A DNA stretch of 64,000 bases, taken from assembly GCA_964106645.2 (NCBI GenBank), contig OZ067045.1. One strand, given 5' to 3'. Of this stretch, positions 1-13,490 are shown in pieces (within the stretch, counting starts at the first letter, position 1; each line of letters begins with the position of its first letter). The notes below the pieces were generated by a model that saw nothing but the letters and a program-made list of their open reading frames with translations, was not told the origin of the DNA and did not search any database. The position numbers were made by a program, and so were the translations under genes. This DNA is from Podarcis pityusensis (lineage: Eukaryota).

Positions 1-87
1 GTGTAGAAAGGAAAAGTACCCATGCTTATATCTGTGTGCCATATATAAAGCAATGGAGCAACTGCATGAATTGTTAATGGAATTACT

Positions 88-247
88 ATTTCAGAAGTTG
101 CTGGAAACCAAAGAAGCTGAGAGTGCTCTTCTGCTTGGGTCATGTTTGAGGGCTTCCCATGGGATTTAGGGTGGCCACTGTAAGAACAGGATGCTGGACT
201 AGATGGTCCATTGGCCTGATCCACCAGAATCTTCTTACATTCTTAGG
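88..247 (+). mobile_element. Old CR1-type LINE 3' end fragment
   Basis: Contains ggccactgtaagaacaggatgctggactagatggtccattggcctgatcca and a degenerate (TTCTTATG)n-like tail. The same module recurs about 10 times in the window. Confidence 0.7.
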
Positions 248-345
248 AATGGGCAGGAATGGAAAGGGACTAGGTTCTGGAGAAGTACTGGCAAATTGGA
301 GCAAGACCTTCCTCTCCTCCATCTCCGCCAAAATATTTCTGGCTT

Positions 346-383
346 TGTGTGTGTGTGTGTGTGTTGTGTTGTTGTTGTTTTTT
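346..383. repeat. (GT)n/(GTT)n microsatellite
   Basis: Seen directly. Confidence 0.9.
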
Positions 384-1300
384 GCCTGACTCCAGTGTAA
401 TCAAAAGTGCATTACTTTGAGTACTTCAAAAACTTCATTTTTGTTCATCTTTTCCAGATTTGAAGTTTCTTTCTGTGAAAAAAAAATCATACAAGCAGGT
501 TCTGAATAATTTCATTACTTTTTTCCTCGATAAATATTACAATAAGAGACCATCAGTATGTGTCTATCAAGCATTACAGATCCAGGTTTGCTGAGAATTA
601 CTTAAATAACAGAGGGTAAGTATTCATTCCATTAAATACTGAACTGGGATCTGTGGCAAAAGTAACACAATGTGGGGAGAAAAGGGAATGTCTCTCTTAA
701 ATGGAAATTTCACAACTCTAATCCATAATTCCAAACAATTGCTGTGTTTCAATGGATGCTGAACCTTGCATGGATGTCTTGGTGAAAAGCAGAAGTAATA
801 TATTAGTGCAATATTAAAATTACATTTTAATATAAAGTACCTGAGACACCCCCCAAACTATTAACCCTAAAGCCAATGACTATTCATTAGCTAAGTCAAT
901 TTTGAATCCCATTAGGTTTTACATTGTGTAAATTCCCACTGAAATTGATTCACGAAACCAGGGCTTTGATGGGTCTGAAATTAAAAGGAGAGAAGAAAGC
1001 ATACTACTAATTGAAGAACATAATTTGATCGCCTGTAAAGGGTGTGGAGTCTAATGACTGTGAGACGACAGTTTTAATTAAAGATTGTGGGCCAAACTAA
1101 GAGAGGTGCAAGAAAGGCACAAATCAAGACTAAAAAAATATCAAACTGCCTTACTTTAGGAATCTGCCCCAAACTGTGGAACTGTAATGACAAAACTTAT
1201 GCACTGTCCTTTCTCCTATCTCCATCCTTACACATGGAACTATCTGTGGGAGGTTAAGGCTTACAGGGGATGCAGGAGCTGTTTAAACAAGAAGAGAGTA

Positions 1301-1321
1301 TACAGGACCTTGGACAGCTCC
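1301..1321 (+). promoter_or_regulatory. RE1/NRSE (REST binding) motif candidate
   Basis: TACAGGACCTTGGACAGCTCC versus consensus TTCAGCACCnnGGACAGCGCC. Both half-sites are present with canonical 2-nt spacing. Confidence 0.55.
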
Positions 1322-2131
1322 AAGGGCTCTGCTAATGAGAGATGTTGCCTCTGCAAGGAGCTAGAGCCAACTGAAGCCATATGATGGTTGACCAGCAGTG
1401 GTTGCTGGTGCCCATTGTGACTGGTAGCATAGAGGGCAGGGTGGTGCTAGAGCTAATGACAGATAAGGTTATTTGCTGTCTCACAAACACCCACTGACCA
1501 GCTCAAAAGTGCATCAAAAACCCTGCACCCCACCCATGAGAATTTCACTGAAATTTTATTTACCCTTTGAAATTTTTGAGTGCAATCCCCCCCATTAATT
1601 TATGGGAAAACCAGGTGGGGCGTACACAATCAGTGTTCAGCTCAGTGCCACCTGAAGCCTCACTTAGCATAGATGCGAGAATAGCCTCACTCAGGTTTCC
1701 ATCAGCTGTGTCTTGTGAGGTCAGTGGACCTACAACAGGTCCTCAGAAGATGGATGGAATATATGGGGATGAAAGTACTGAAGGAGGCCATCTTTAATGT
1801 ATCAAGGACTCAAGCTGCTTCAGACTTTAAAGCAGGAGATTCCAACTTTTCCAGGACAATAGACACATTTGGAATTTTGAAAAAGTGCTGTGGGTGCCAG
1901 TCACAAAATGGCTACTGTGGGTATGTAACAGCACAAAATGGCTGTCATGAGGGTCATGGCATAATGGCTTCTGTGTAGGTGATGCTGAGACAGCACAAAC
2001 AGGACAGAGCAGAAAGAGCAATCTCTTCTAAGTAGTTTATAAAGCATTAGGTGGGGGTCAGAGGCAAACATGGTTGGGGCAATTAATATGAATTTGTATC
2101 TTTGTACAGTCAGCTAGGGTTTACACACATG

Positions 2132-2134
<3 letters not shown>

Positions 2135-2174
<40 letters not shown>
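2135..2174. repeat. (CA)n microsatellite
   Basis: Seen directly. Confidence 0.95.
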
Positions 2175-2176
<2 letters not shown>

Positions 2177-2949
2177 GTCTATTCTCCATCTGGGCAAACA
2201 ATAATCATTATCAGAGATTCCAGCCAGGCAATAGCACTCCAGAGAGTGTGATATGAAGGTGGTGAGGGGCATGGCTTGGGGAAGGAAGGTATGGCCGTGG
2301 GTCTTGAAGTCCAAAGAACCAGACAGAGAGGCCAGATTTGGACCCCAGGCCTGATGTTCCCCACTCTTGAGACATTTCCTCTCTGGAAATGGCAGCAGCT
2401 AATGTTCTTCCTTCAATCCTGATCATCAATCTGACTGTGAAGTCCAAGACCACCACACTGATTCATCCCCTGCATGCTTGATGACATACAGACTCAATTA
2501 GGTCTCTACAGTTTATGACCCACCAAGCCAAACACAGCTCACCAGCCATGTATGGTGGCCTCGGGGTCTTCCTATTTGTGGCTGCTTGTTTGGAAACACT
2601 GGAGGGAAGGGGTCCTCCATCAGCTGGCAGGCATTAATGAAAAGCCAGTAGGCTGCATTTGGCACCGTGGCTCACACTTTGTGTGCACCTGGCTAGATGA
2701 AGCTTTCAACCTCACTGCAAAACAGGTGGGAACCAAAGCAGCCAAAGACCCAAATAGGTCATGCATAAGAAGAGGTTTTTCCTTGAAGATCTTTGGAATG
2801 TGTTGGCCTCAATAAATGTATGTACCTGGAGGCTTCCTTTCTTTGCCCCATCTATCTATCTATTTTTAGGGCCTTCACATTTTCTTTCCTTTTTGTTCTT
2901 TGATATGAACCTAATTTTGATCTCTAACGGCATTGTAGAAAACCTTATC

Positions 2950-3265
2950 CAGACAAGGGAGAGGGCCTTTTCAGTTGTGGCTCCCCTTTAGTGCAGCAAC
3001 TTTCCTAGTGAGGTTCACCTGGTGCCTTCACTGACATCTTCTCAGTGCCAAGTAAAAATGTATCTTTTTCCTCCAGGCTTTCGATGCACTAGGAGGATGT
3101 TATCTGCTGTTTGTGTGCTGCTAAAGCTTCCTGCTGCTCCTCTACAGGGGTTGCGTTGTCTGTGTGTTTTGCTCTTGTGTGTGAATGTGTTTGTTTATAT
3201 TATACCCTAGGCTCACCTATGTCTTAAATATATTGTAAGCTACTCGGAGGCCCTTTGTGTAACAA
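2950..3265 (+). mobile_element. Decayed L2 LINE 3' fragment
   Basis: Translates as TRERAFSVVAPL, the L2 ORF2 C-terminal RAFSxxAP motif also seen in the L2 copies at 39230 and 60129. Confidence 0.65.
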
Positions 3266-3269
3266 ATGC

Positions 3270-3488
3270 TGTCAATGACTGCTAGCCACAATGGCTATAC
3301 TCTGCTTCAATGGTCAGAAGCAGTAATTCTTCTGAATACAAGTTGATGGAAACCACAGGAGGGGAGACTTGCTATTGCTTTCGTGCCTTGTTTGCAGGTT
3401 TTCAGCAATCATCTGATTGGCCACAGTTAGAACAGGATGCTGGACAAGATGGGCCATTGGCCTGATCCAGCAGACACATGTTCTTAAG
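3270..3488 (+). mobile_element. Old CR1-type LINE 3' end fragment
   Basis: Contains aacaggatgctggacaagatgggccattggcctgatccagca...atgttctta, homologous to 88-247. Confidence 0.7.
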
Positions 3489-3958
3489 TGACTAATACTA
3501 ACATCAAGAAATTTACTTTCACGTATATATACAGGCACTTGCCTTCATGGCCAAATTCACAAAAGCCAGCTGTTTAGAACAACAGAATTAGTGGGTGGCA
3601 ATGAAGAGGTCAATTTGAACTCTGAGCAGACCCTCCTTCCTGCGCTGCCACTCCTGGTCAATAGCTTCTGCAACTCATATATGTGGACAAAGCAAGAATG
3701 ATGAGGAGTTGAATATATTTGGCCTTGCAGAACTTTCATTTTATTGACTTGGGGTATTGTGGACCCCTCCCCATTTTTCAGTGCCTGCGAGATGCCTGGC
3801 ATTCAGAAAGATTTGTTATGTAAATGACATAATTGTACGTTTCCATATTTTAACATCAAATGGAATGATTGACTACAGAAGTCGGGCTGTCTACAGGTGG
3901 GGGTCAATTATCATCTGAATAATCACGCTGCCACACAAGAATAGCATAGCTGTGGAGT

Positions 3959-4138
3959 NNNNNNNNNNNNNNNNNNNNNNNNNNNNNNNNNNNNNNNNNN
4001 NNNNNNNNNNNNNNNNNNNNNNNNNNNNNNNNNNNNNNNNNNNNNNNNNNNNNNNNNNNNNNNNNNNNNNNNNNNNNNNNNNNNNNNNNNNNNNNNNNNN
4101 NNNNNNNNNNNNNNNNNNNNNNNNNNNNNNNNNNNNNN
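3959..4138. other. Assembly gap (180 N)
   Basis: Run of N. Confidence 1.
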
Positions 4139-4684
4139 TTTTTTCTTCTTTGATCCCATTTCATTCGAGCGGCCTGGGAAAAGGGAAGAAAAATTAAAAA
4201 CAAAATAGTCAAGCATACAGAATGAGGTTATGTATTAAGTGGGCTATTTAATGTTTCTGGCATTTCATAGCCCTGGGGGAAGAGTGGATGGATTTAACAA
4301 TCAAGATCGGTGTTTCTCTGGGACCCACAAAGTTCGAGAAACATAAAATAATCTATACTTCCAAGCTGACAAATCGTACCTGACACTCTGCTTCATCTCA
4401 CCGGGACTCTTTAGATCAGCGTTAATCATCTGTTACAGGGAGTGAGGAGAAAAGTAAATCACACTTAGTTGAAAAGTGAGATGCAAGGTCTGTGGGCAGA
4501 GGTTTTAATCAATAATGTGCAGGATAATAACCAGTAGCTATTGTTCAAATCTTCAAATGCTAAAAGGGGAAGATGCAAAATGGGGGGGGGGGGACCAACC
4601 AAAGGGAATCAGGTGGAAATAAGCAGCTTGTCTTAGCCACTCCAGGGAGAAAAACACATACGCTCCTTTTCTTATAGTCTAGGC

Positions 4685-4812
4685 TAGGATGGGGAACCCT
4701 TGGCCCTCCAGATGTTGCTGAACTACTCCTATCAGCCTTAACAAGCATGCCTAATGGCCAGGGATGATAGGAGTTTAGCAACATGTGAAGGGGCAAAGTT
4801 CATCCACACCTG
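4685..4812. mobile_element. hAT (Charlie-like) MITE, palindromic, about 130 bp
   Basis: Arms ggccctccagatgttgctg and gcaacatgtgaagggg, flanked by near-identical 8-mers gtctaggc (4677-4684) and gtctagcc (4813-4820). Confidence 0.75.
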
Positions 4813-5957
4813 GTCTAGCCAAAGGCTCGCCTCCTGTTTGAGTGCTGAGATCAGGAACTCCAGAAAGTCAAATGCAATGTATGTACCGTGGCTCAGTAAA
4901 ATTTGCCTTGGCAATACTCCAAAGTATTGTGGAATTCATCTTTTAATTGCAACTGCTGGGGAAGTTAGCGCAATGACCTCCAGATGTTGCCAGACTCCAA
5001 CTGCCATCATTCCTGTTCATTGGTCATGGTGGCTGGGGCTACGTTCACATGACAATTTATTCCGGGTTCATTATATTTCTCTCATTGTTGATTTCCATAT
5101 TATATGTGAGCATTCACATGATGTTAAAGCCACTTCCCAAACTATAGTGGAATACAGCACAAGTTTAGCATTCATTTCCATATTATATGCAAACATATTT
5201 TTTCCTTTAATCAAATAAAATGGGGGGGGGGGGGGGAGTATTAAACATCCACTAGATTCCACTAAATTCCCAGAAGTGGCTTTTACATCATGTGAAAGCT
5301 CAACTATAATGCAGAATTTAAGTGCTTATGATACAGAAAAATGCATGCCAAAAATATGTATTTTATGGGGAAATGTGTGGAAAAGCAACAGAAATACACA
5401 TTTTAAGGACAGAATGCATGAAAAACATGTACCTTAGGGGAAAGTGTCTACTATCTAAATGCAAGATTTGTGTGTGTGTGTTATTTTTAAAATCCACAAA
5501 AACTAGGATGGAACAGACCTGTGATGGGGTGCATGCAAAACTGGCACAGAATGGACATAGATTGATCTGTAGATCCAAATATCTTCTCTGCTTATTTTAT
5601 GGTATAATGAATTCCACAAAGTTGAGCTGTTCTCTGTTTCCAACATCTCTGCTAGGTAAGGGAACAGACATTTTATAAAACCGTGCTGCCCCCCAACAAA
5701 TTAGTCTTCACCTCCGAATGCAATGTATTCTGTAATAAAGAAATGTCATTAACTAGGATTAGTACTAGCAAGTAATGAGAGAGATTAGGAAAATATTATC
5801 ATAATGAATCTATCACTCTGTCTATAAGTCATGGGGTCATCAGCAACACCCTTCTTTCATTAAAGAGGTGCAAAAGAAAATGTGAAATTCAGTTTCATCT
5901 ATTATTAGTCTATTGATTGTGTGGCAGACAGGTTTCCTTTGACCGTGCAGACAGAAC

Positions 5958-6110
5958 ATAGTCACCATGACCAGTCGCAACTGATAGCCTTCTTCTCCAT
6001 GAATTCGTCCAGTCCTCTTTTGAAGCCATCCAAGTTGGTGGCCATCAGTGCCTCCTGTGGGAGCAAGTTCTGTAGTTTAACTAAGTGCAGTGCAAAGAAG
6101 TGCTTTCAAA
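5958..6110 (-). mobile_element. Old CR1 ORF2 C-terminal fragment
   Basis: The reverse strand reads like the (D)GFKRGLDEFMEKKAI C-terminus shared with the copies at 10490 and 61028. Confidence 0.65.
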
Positions 6111-9100
6111 TGCCTCATGTGACTTCAGCCCCTATCCAGGGATTGCTTAGCAGTGCTTCATCAAGTACCATTGAGCAATCAAGTGATGAGAGCTCAACTG
6201 ACCAATATGCACATGTGAACTATCCTTAAGAGTTGGAAAGAAACTATGTATGGAAAGGGACTGCTGGAAAGCTGAGTGCTTTCCCTCTTATTGACCTTGT
6301 TGCAAGTGATACGTTGGGCTACATGGGAAAATGTCAAGCCCATGAAACATCACACGATAACCAGGTTCCAGGCCAACTTGAAAGAACTCTAAATATAAAA
6401 ACACAGTGGGGAAAACATGCCAAGCTAGATTGCCCTTAAGAATGCTTGAACAGACGGGTAAACATTCCAAAATTAACTACCAAGCAAAAAAAGACAGAAA
6501 TTTAAAACTGCAACCTTATACTCACTAACTTGGGAGTAAGCCATCATCAGTATGGCTTACTTCTGAGTAAAACATGCACTGGACTGAAAGGTAGTCCCTC
6601 AAAATGTATGGCTGTAAAAAACATTGCACATATATATTTGTAGTCAGGGCAATTATCTTATATAATATAGGCAACAGTTTTTTTACACTATTATTTTCGA
6701 AGGCAGCAACTCATTTATTTCATTCCTTTTCTCAGTCACTTTGTATCAAGTATCTCAAAGTCCATTTATTGCATGAACAAATCCAGTTTGTGATGTGATC
6801 TGGCCCTCTCTTCTTGGTACAGTTTTGCAGCAGTACTAAAGAAGCAGCAATACATAGAAAAGTGTGGGTGTTAATGTTGCATGATCCAAACATGGTTGGC
6901 CTTTCAAAGCAATGCCTCCAGTGGTTTTGAAGCTTAATAGCTCATCTATTCCTACAGTTTCTCCATCTTCACCCTTTTTCTTTTTTAAAAAAATAATAAT
7001 GCAATTTTGAACATACCAATTATGTCACCAACATCTGGAAAAAGGCACAAACCCTGGAGTCGAACCCGGTCATGGCTTTAAGAAGCTGTCGTTCTCTATT
7101 TATCCTGATTGATTTGTACAAAGCCATAATTATACAGAACATTAGCATTACCAGTTGCCAATGTTGAGTTTCTTTAAAGGAAAAACCCTGTTTGGTGGCT
7201 TAAAACACAAATGTACAAAAATATCCTAGATCAGGTACTAGATGCATGGAAATGGTAAACATAGTTAGTGTTGGTGTTCTTCAAAGTCACATCCACATAG
7301 TGCTTGACTCCCAGCCACTGGCTTTTGAAAGAAAACCTGGTGGCATCTGATTCTTATGAGTTGTCTCTGACAATCATAAATTGGTCACTACCATTGCCAG
7401 TGATGATTCAGCTATTTTTATGGGGTGAAGGCTTAGCGTTATACTATGAGACTCTGCACTGCACTCAGCTGAATCTCAAGTCCTTGTTGTTGCTCTTTCT
7501 GTTTTTAAATTTCTGTACATTTAATTATAAGTTGTCTTGAGTCTTGCTTTTAAAAGGGCGTCTAAGAAATCTCATAAATAACACTTGGTGATATCCAGCT
7601 AAGTTGGAGTAGGCACACTGAAATCAATGGACTTAAGTTAGACATGCTCATTGATGTCAGTGCATCTCAGTTATATATTCGGTTACGCGGAAGAAAAGAA
7701 AAAGGGAAGAGATTTGGTGAATTATGTATAGTTGCTAGTTTGTATGATCAGAGGCCCTTCCTTCCTCCAGTTCAGCATGGTAATGATATGTAAAGTGATT
7801 TGCCACAGGCTGCCTGTGAAACCAGTTCTTCCTTTCAAATACCACCAGTCAACTACCTAGTAAGACCTTTTGCAGAAAATACCTAACAGTTCAGGGGAAT
7901 GGAGAAGGGGGGAAAAAAACAGGGAACAACAACAACAACCCACCAAACAGGGAAACCCATGCACATTCTTTCAATTTCTAAAGGGAAATTTGACTCTGGC
8001 CATAGAACAAAGAGGAAAGAAATGGAAGTAGGAGAAAATCAAAGAAAAAGTGATGTGGATTCAAGGAGATCAGATGGTGCACTTATTGCAGTTGGAGGCC
8101 TTCAATCAGTCAAATGAAAGGCACATTTGTATTAAGATACCTACAAGGCACAGAGAGAAAGCCTTGATCAGGTGTGTAAGATTTAAGTTACCACTCTCTT
8201 GCTGAGAGATGCAGACCCACCTTCTAGACTATCTGTTCTCAATATTGAAACTTCATTTTTCTTTCCCCCCCCCGCTGCAAACATGAGATGAAAGCCATTC
8301 CACCCCCCTTCTGCAATGCTGTACATTGTGTTAAACATGCTGTTTTCAGCCTCAGTTGTGCAGAATCACAAACTTCCCATACCCCAAGGAGACAGTCACT
8401 GCATATACAAATGTACATTGAAATAGGATGAAGAAGGGAGTGGGGATGTGGTGTGACTTGTAAAGTAAGGACAGCCCCTCTTCAAGTCTGAAGCAATAGG
8501 GTGCAGTTAGACCTGATCACCAAATTCAACAAACCTTTATTTAAACCAAGGGAGAGCGTAAATTTTGCTGGGGCAAATGACAATTATTCTAATTTATACT
8601 GGCATATACAGAACAATTATATATAATAATATTAGTCAGAGTATTTATTACCATTGCCCCTTTCATTATTGGTTGCAGCAAAGCTACATCTTCATGTTCT
8701 TCAGACCAGAACCCATCTTTAACCCAAATATGCTTGGAAGCCCATTTCTTGAGTTTTTACTGGGGCTGTGCATCAGATTTGACCAAAGCTCAAATCCTCA
8801 ACCAAATCAGCTGATTCAGGTGGCTCCAGTCTTTGATCAGCTTGGGTCGAGATAAAATGGATTATATTTCAATCTGTGGAATTTCTTTCCAAATTGGCAT
8901 CTAAGCATATTTATTAGGACATGGACATTTGTTGAAAATCTGTGTCCTCTTTCATGGCAATGTTCAAGTAGCCACCCTCACTTCCAGCTGAATTTGCAAT
9001 GTTTTGGTGTGCTCTGAAAAGCACCCAACTGATACCATCAATGAGAGCTGTACAAAGATATCATGTGGTTTTCCCCGTACCCAAGAGCTACGTGGAAAGT

Positions 9101-9529
9101 CTTCTCATGCATGGATCATCATTTGGCTTTCTAGAATTTGCACCCTTGTTGTGTTTCATCACCCACTGTTTGTCACACAATGGCTCCCCACAAACCACTA
9201 CACACACCCTGGATGCCAATGCTCTTCCTCCTATATTCCCATTCAATTGCTGTGCTCTGCAGGAGAGGATATCATCTTATCAGAAGATCTGTTTCTCACA
9301 CTATAGGAACTGGGACTTCAGTGTGGCAGCACTGAATTCTCCCCCTTTCAGTATTAGACAGGCATCATTTTTATTGTCTTTTCAGCCCTGACTGAAGACC
9401 TTCCTCTTCCACCAAGCCAAGCCTTTTAAGCAAAGGTCTTTCTCTATCTGCATCTTTATTGAAATTGTTTTTAGATGTTTTAATTGTTTTATGACTTGTG
9501 CATTTGCTGCCCTGGTCTCCTTTGGGGGA

Positions 9530-9594
9530 GAAGAAGAAAAAGAAAAAGAAAAAGAAAAAGAAGAAGAAGAAGAAGAAGAAGAAGAAGAAGAAGA
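9530..9594. repeat. (GAAAAA)n/(GAA)n purine repeat at the tail of a decayed L2 fragment (about 9290-9530)
   Basis: Repeat seen directly. Upstream actgaagaccttcctcttccaccaagcc is L2-like. Confidence 0.85.
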
Positions 9595-10489
9595 CATAGG
9601 AGACAGATGAGGAGGAGAAGGCTGAGCACAGATTAGAACACTTGCCAAGATTCTACCTATCTGGATAAACTTCCCTACATAAAAATGCTTTTAGCAGGCT
9701 CTAAAAATAGCACAGTAAAGGCACCTGACTGATGTCAATAGGCAGAGAGTTCCAAAGTGTGGGTGACAGAATCTCACTCCTGTCAGCAATTGTGCTGCAG
9801 CACCTTGCACTAACTGCAGCTTCCGGATCAAGTTTTAATTGGTGTTGTGATGTTTTTTATTGGCTCCACGTACAACTACCTTAGAAAATTATCTTTTGAT
9901 CAAGAAACAATGGACAGTTTGGGGTTGAGGAATGAGTGGGAAACAGACAGCTTGTGCTGGGGTTTTCTGGAGACTGCATATATTTTTTCCAGTGTTTTCA
10001 TCACTGATAAAAAATAAATAAAGGCATGCAAATAGATTTATTCCTGAAGCCAAAGACTTGGATTTTATTACTAAGTTAGTTCATGATTTCCTTGCATAGT
10101 TCCAATTTAGGATGATGTAAATTGTTATGGCTCTGGCTATATTAAATGGTATGATTTGAAGTTGGCTCAATCTAAAACAGTCAGATTGGATATATTCAGA
10201 TGCAGGAAGCTGGTTCCTGCCAAGTGGTGCCAGTTTCAACCTTTTTATGGTAGAATTAATTGTGCTTGTTATGCCTCTTTCAAGGGATCAGAAAGGGGGA
10301 AATCCCAGCAAAGCCACTCACACTGGATATTCTGAAATTATGTATACAGTTCCTCCCTCTAACAGATGCAGCTTTCTTCATCCAGGTACCTTATGACATA
10401 ACGAATGGCCCTGGAAAAGTGTTTGCAGCTAAATATGCCACAACTTTTGCAAGCTGTTCAGATCTCTTTTGTGAACATGCAATGAAGAC

Positions 10490-10851
10490 GAATGCTGAAA
10501 GATTCAGGACAGAAAGAAGAAAGTGGAGTGGAGAGTTAAACTGTGGAACTCATTCTCACAGGAGGCATTGATGGCCACCAGCTTGAAAGGCTTTAAAATA
10601 GGATTGGACAAATTCAAGGAGGAGAAGATTATCAAAGTCTACTAGCCATGGTGGCTCTGCTCTGTCTCCATGGCTGGAGGCAGTAATGCTCCTGAATACC
10701 ACTTGCTGAAAGCCAGAGGAGAGGAGAGTGCTCTCATGCTTGAGTCCTGCTTGCGGGCTTCCTATGAGGATCTGGTGGCCGCTGTGAGAACAAGATGCTA
10801 GACTAGATAGGCCATTTGCCTGATCCAGAAGACTCTCTTCATGTCCTTATG
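10490..10851 (+). mobile_element. Old CR1-type LINE 3' fragment
   Basis: ggctttaaaataggattggacaaattcaagg (GFKIGLDKFK), followed by the 3'UTR and a ttcatgtccttatg tail. Confidence 0.75.
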
Positions 10852-10997
10852 CCCTTAGCTATCCAACTTTTGTACTTTGTGGTGTGTGTGTTTTGACACT
10901 GGCCTTTGGACTACACAAGAATGTAAGTTTGAAGATGCAACACTATATGGACACTTTGAAGTGCATTTCTCTTACTCCAGACATGGTGGAGAAATGC

Positions 10998-11050
10998 GGA
11001 AGGAAGGAAGGAAGGAAGGAAGGAAGGAAGGAAGGAAGGAAGGAAGGAAG
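10998..11050. repeat. (GGAA)n microsatellite
   Basis: Seen directly. It explains the KEGR-repeat ORFs in the track. Confidence 0.95.
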
Positions 11051-11190
11051 CAATTTCACATTGCACAAAACAGCCCAGGGCCAAAGCCAACACAGCCTTG
11101 TATTCTATAAAAACCTCAAGCGACCAAAAATTCCATAATGACAATATGAAGCATATTTACTACAGCATGTGAAGAAAACATAGTTCCTTC

Positions 11191-11326
11191 CAGTGCTTTT
11201 TTTCTAAAAAGGTAGTTGCTGGTACTCACCATGAAGTTGTTACGGTAAGTGCCACACTTTTAGCAACAACAAAAGAGGTGCCTGTGCTGTGTACCCTTGA
11301 GTACCCCCTGAAATAAAAAAAAAATG
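11191..11326. mobile_element. hAT-type MITE
   Basis: Perfect 8-bp TSD gttccttc (11183-11190 and 11327-11334). Ends are cagtgcttttttt and aaaaaaaaaatg (right TIR decayed). A related copy lies near 49494-49677. Confidence 0.75.
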
Positions 11327-13312
11327 GTTCCTTCCTAATTAATAGGGATGTGAGGCAAGTGAAAAGCCACCCTGCCAGCATTCTCATTCCTGGTCTTGGT
11401 GTCACCCCTGCAGAACTCAGCAGTGGGGAGAATGGGTTCTGGCTCACACTGGCTCTGGCTCTAATTACTGTTGGTATCCCTGCCTTCAGCTCTACCAATA
11501 GGCACCAGCTACCACTGGCCAGAGGCAAAAGTGAGTGGAGCCACAGGTATGACTCTAATCTGCGTACTGTAGGGTATGTTCTAGACCTGCAAGTTCCAGA
11601 GGTTTCTGCAGCCACATACAGAGATGTTTTCATCCTTCATCCATGCAGGGGAGGTAAGAATCATTGCAATTCAAGGATCCATTTGAGCCAGGCAAAAGCA
11701 TTATGGCTGAGGATTAGGTCTGAGCAGGAGAGATGGATGGGTTTCAGAGTAAAGGCGATGCAAAGCAGGATGAAGGACCACCCCAGGCACACCACAATGC
11801 AAGTGATTTGTGCAGAATATGGGATGGAAGGAACATGTCAGTGTTGAAACTGTCCTCCTTTTGTATGATGAAATGTGCAAAAAAATTCCAATGGGCAGAA
11901 ACAGAAGCCAAGACTTTCAATTCCTCTGGGTTTTCTAAGAAGGAAAAGAGCCAGAATTACAAGGTGCTAATCCTTAAATGTTCACTATTTCAGGGAAGTA
12001 TTTTTGCTCGTTAATATTCATCTTGCAGTAAAGCATCCAAATATCTAAGCCAGCAATACGAGCACCAGGCAAGTTGTCCCCTGGGAAAGCAGTGGGAGAC
12101 TTGTACATCTAACCACAGTCGTACTCTACAGATCAGTTAACAGACCCCGGGTTACACGGCTGTTAGCGATGGTTGGCTTTCTGGGGTCTTTATCTACTTT
12201 AGGCATTTGCAAAGCATCAGGAAAAACAGCCTAAAGAGCATTTCTTGGGAGCTCATATATCATTCAGCTCCTCAAAGAAAACCTCTAATTGAGCTTTTAT
12301 AGGGAGAAAAAACCCCCAAACTGCTTTTGTACAAAGAAGCAAAGAGAAGCTCTGTAGAGGGCCTCAATGATGTATCCCTCATGGAAGAACTGTATTTCAA
12401 AGATGAAGATGCCACCATTCTGCAACGCTTCCATGGTGGTTTACAAGAGTGAGATATGTTCCTGCCAGCTGGTTCACGCCAACAGTCTGATGCCTGCATT
12501 TTAAACTGACTGCAGGTTCTGAGCAGTCTTCAAGGACAGCCTGATATACAATGCATTACAGTAGCCCAGGGATGCTAGCATGGTTCTTCCCAGATGTTGC
12601 TGGACTGCAGCACCCATCACCCCGGTGATTGGCCGTGCTGGCTGAGCTTATATGAGTCCAACAATATTTGGAAGGCACCAGATCATCTACCCTAAGCTGT
12701 AGAACTCCATACAGAGGTACATTTGGCACCTTCATTATACAGTTTTTGGTGACTGCTGAAGACGCACCTTTTCACCCTGACCTTTGACACCTGAGAGGCA
12801 TATTTCTAGGACCCATCTTTTTGTAATTTTAAGTTGTTTTAAACTGTTTTTAATATTATGTTTTGATTTTAATGTTGTATTTAACATGTTTTAGCTTGTT
12901 CTAGGAGCAAAGGGTGGATAATAAATTGAACAACAACAATGCCTGCAGTAGTCAATCCTAGAAGTTACCAAAATGGGGAAAATGTCATCAGGATTTCTCT
13001 GTCTAGCAGTGACCACAGCTGGCCCTTCCAGTCCAACTGATGACCAGACAGCATGGCCTAATGAGGGCTATAGTCCTAGAACATCTGGAGGGGCATAGGT
13101 TAACTTTAGGGGGAGCACAATTCCACCCTGAGCATATCCCCAAACAGACAAACCACCTATTCACAGAATATCCATCTTAGTAGTCAGGACTGGACTGAGT
13201 TTCAGTGTGTTGGTGCTCATTTGGAGCACTACTGATTCCATGCACAGAAGTTCAACTCTCCTATTGCTGCAACTGGATATGATGAGATCCAGAAATAGAA
13301 ATTGAGCTGGTT

Positions 13313-13490
13313 GTTAGGAACATGATCAGACTTCTAGTCCACCTAGCTAAGTAACATCTTCATTGTCTGACAGCACATCTTCAAGGAGTCACATAGGAGA
13401 CATTCCCAGAATTTCCCAAAGAATCTGGGGGCTGAAGCTGAAACCTTCTGCAAGCAAGGCAGATGCTCTACCACTGAGCTACAACCCTCC
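13313..13490 (-). mobile_element. tRNA-derived SINE with CR1-like tail (Squam2-like)
   Basis: The reverse strand begins gttgtagctcagtggtagagcatctgcc...gcagaagg (A-box head), same family as 22297-22478. Confidence 0.65.
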
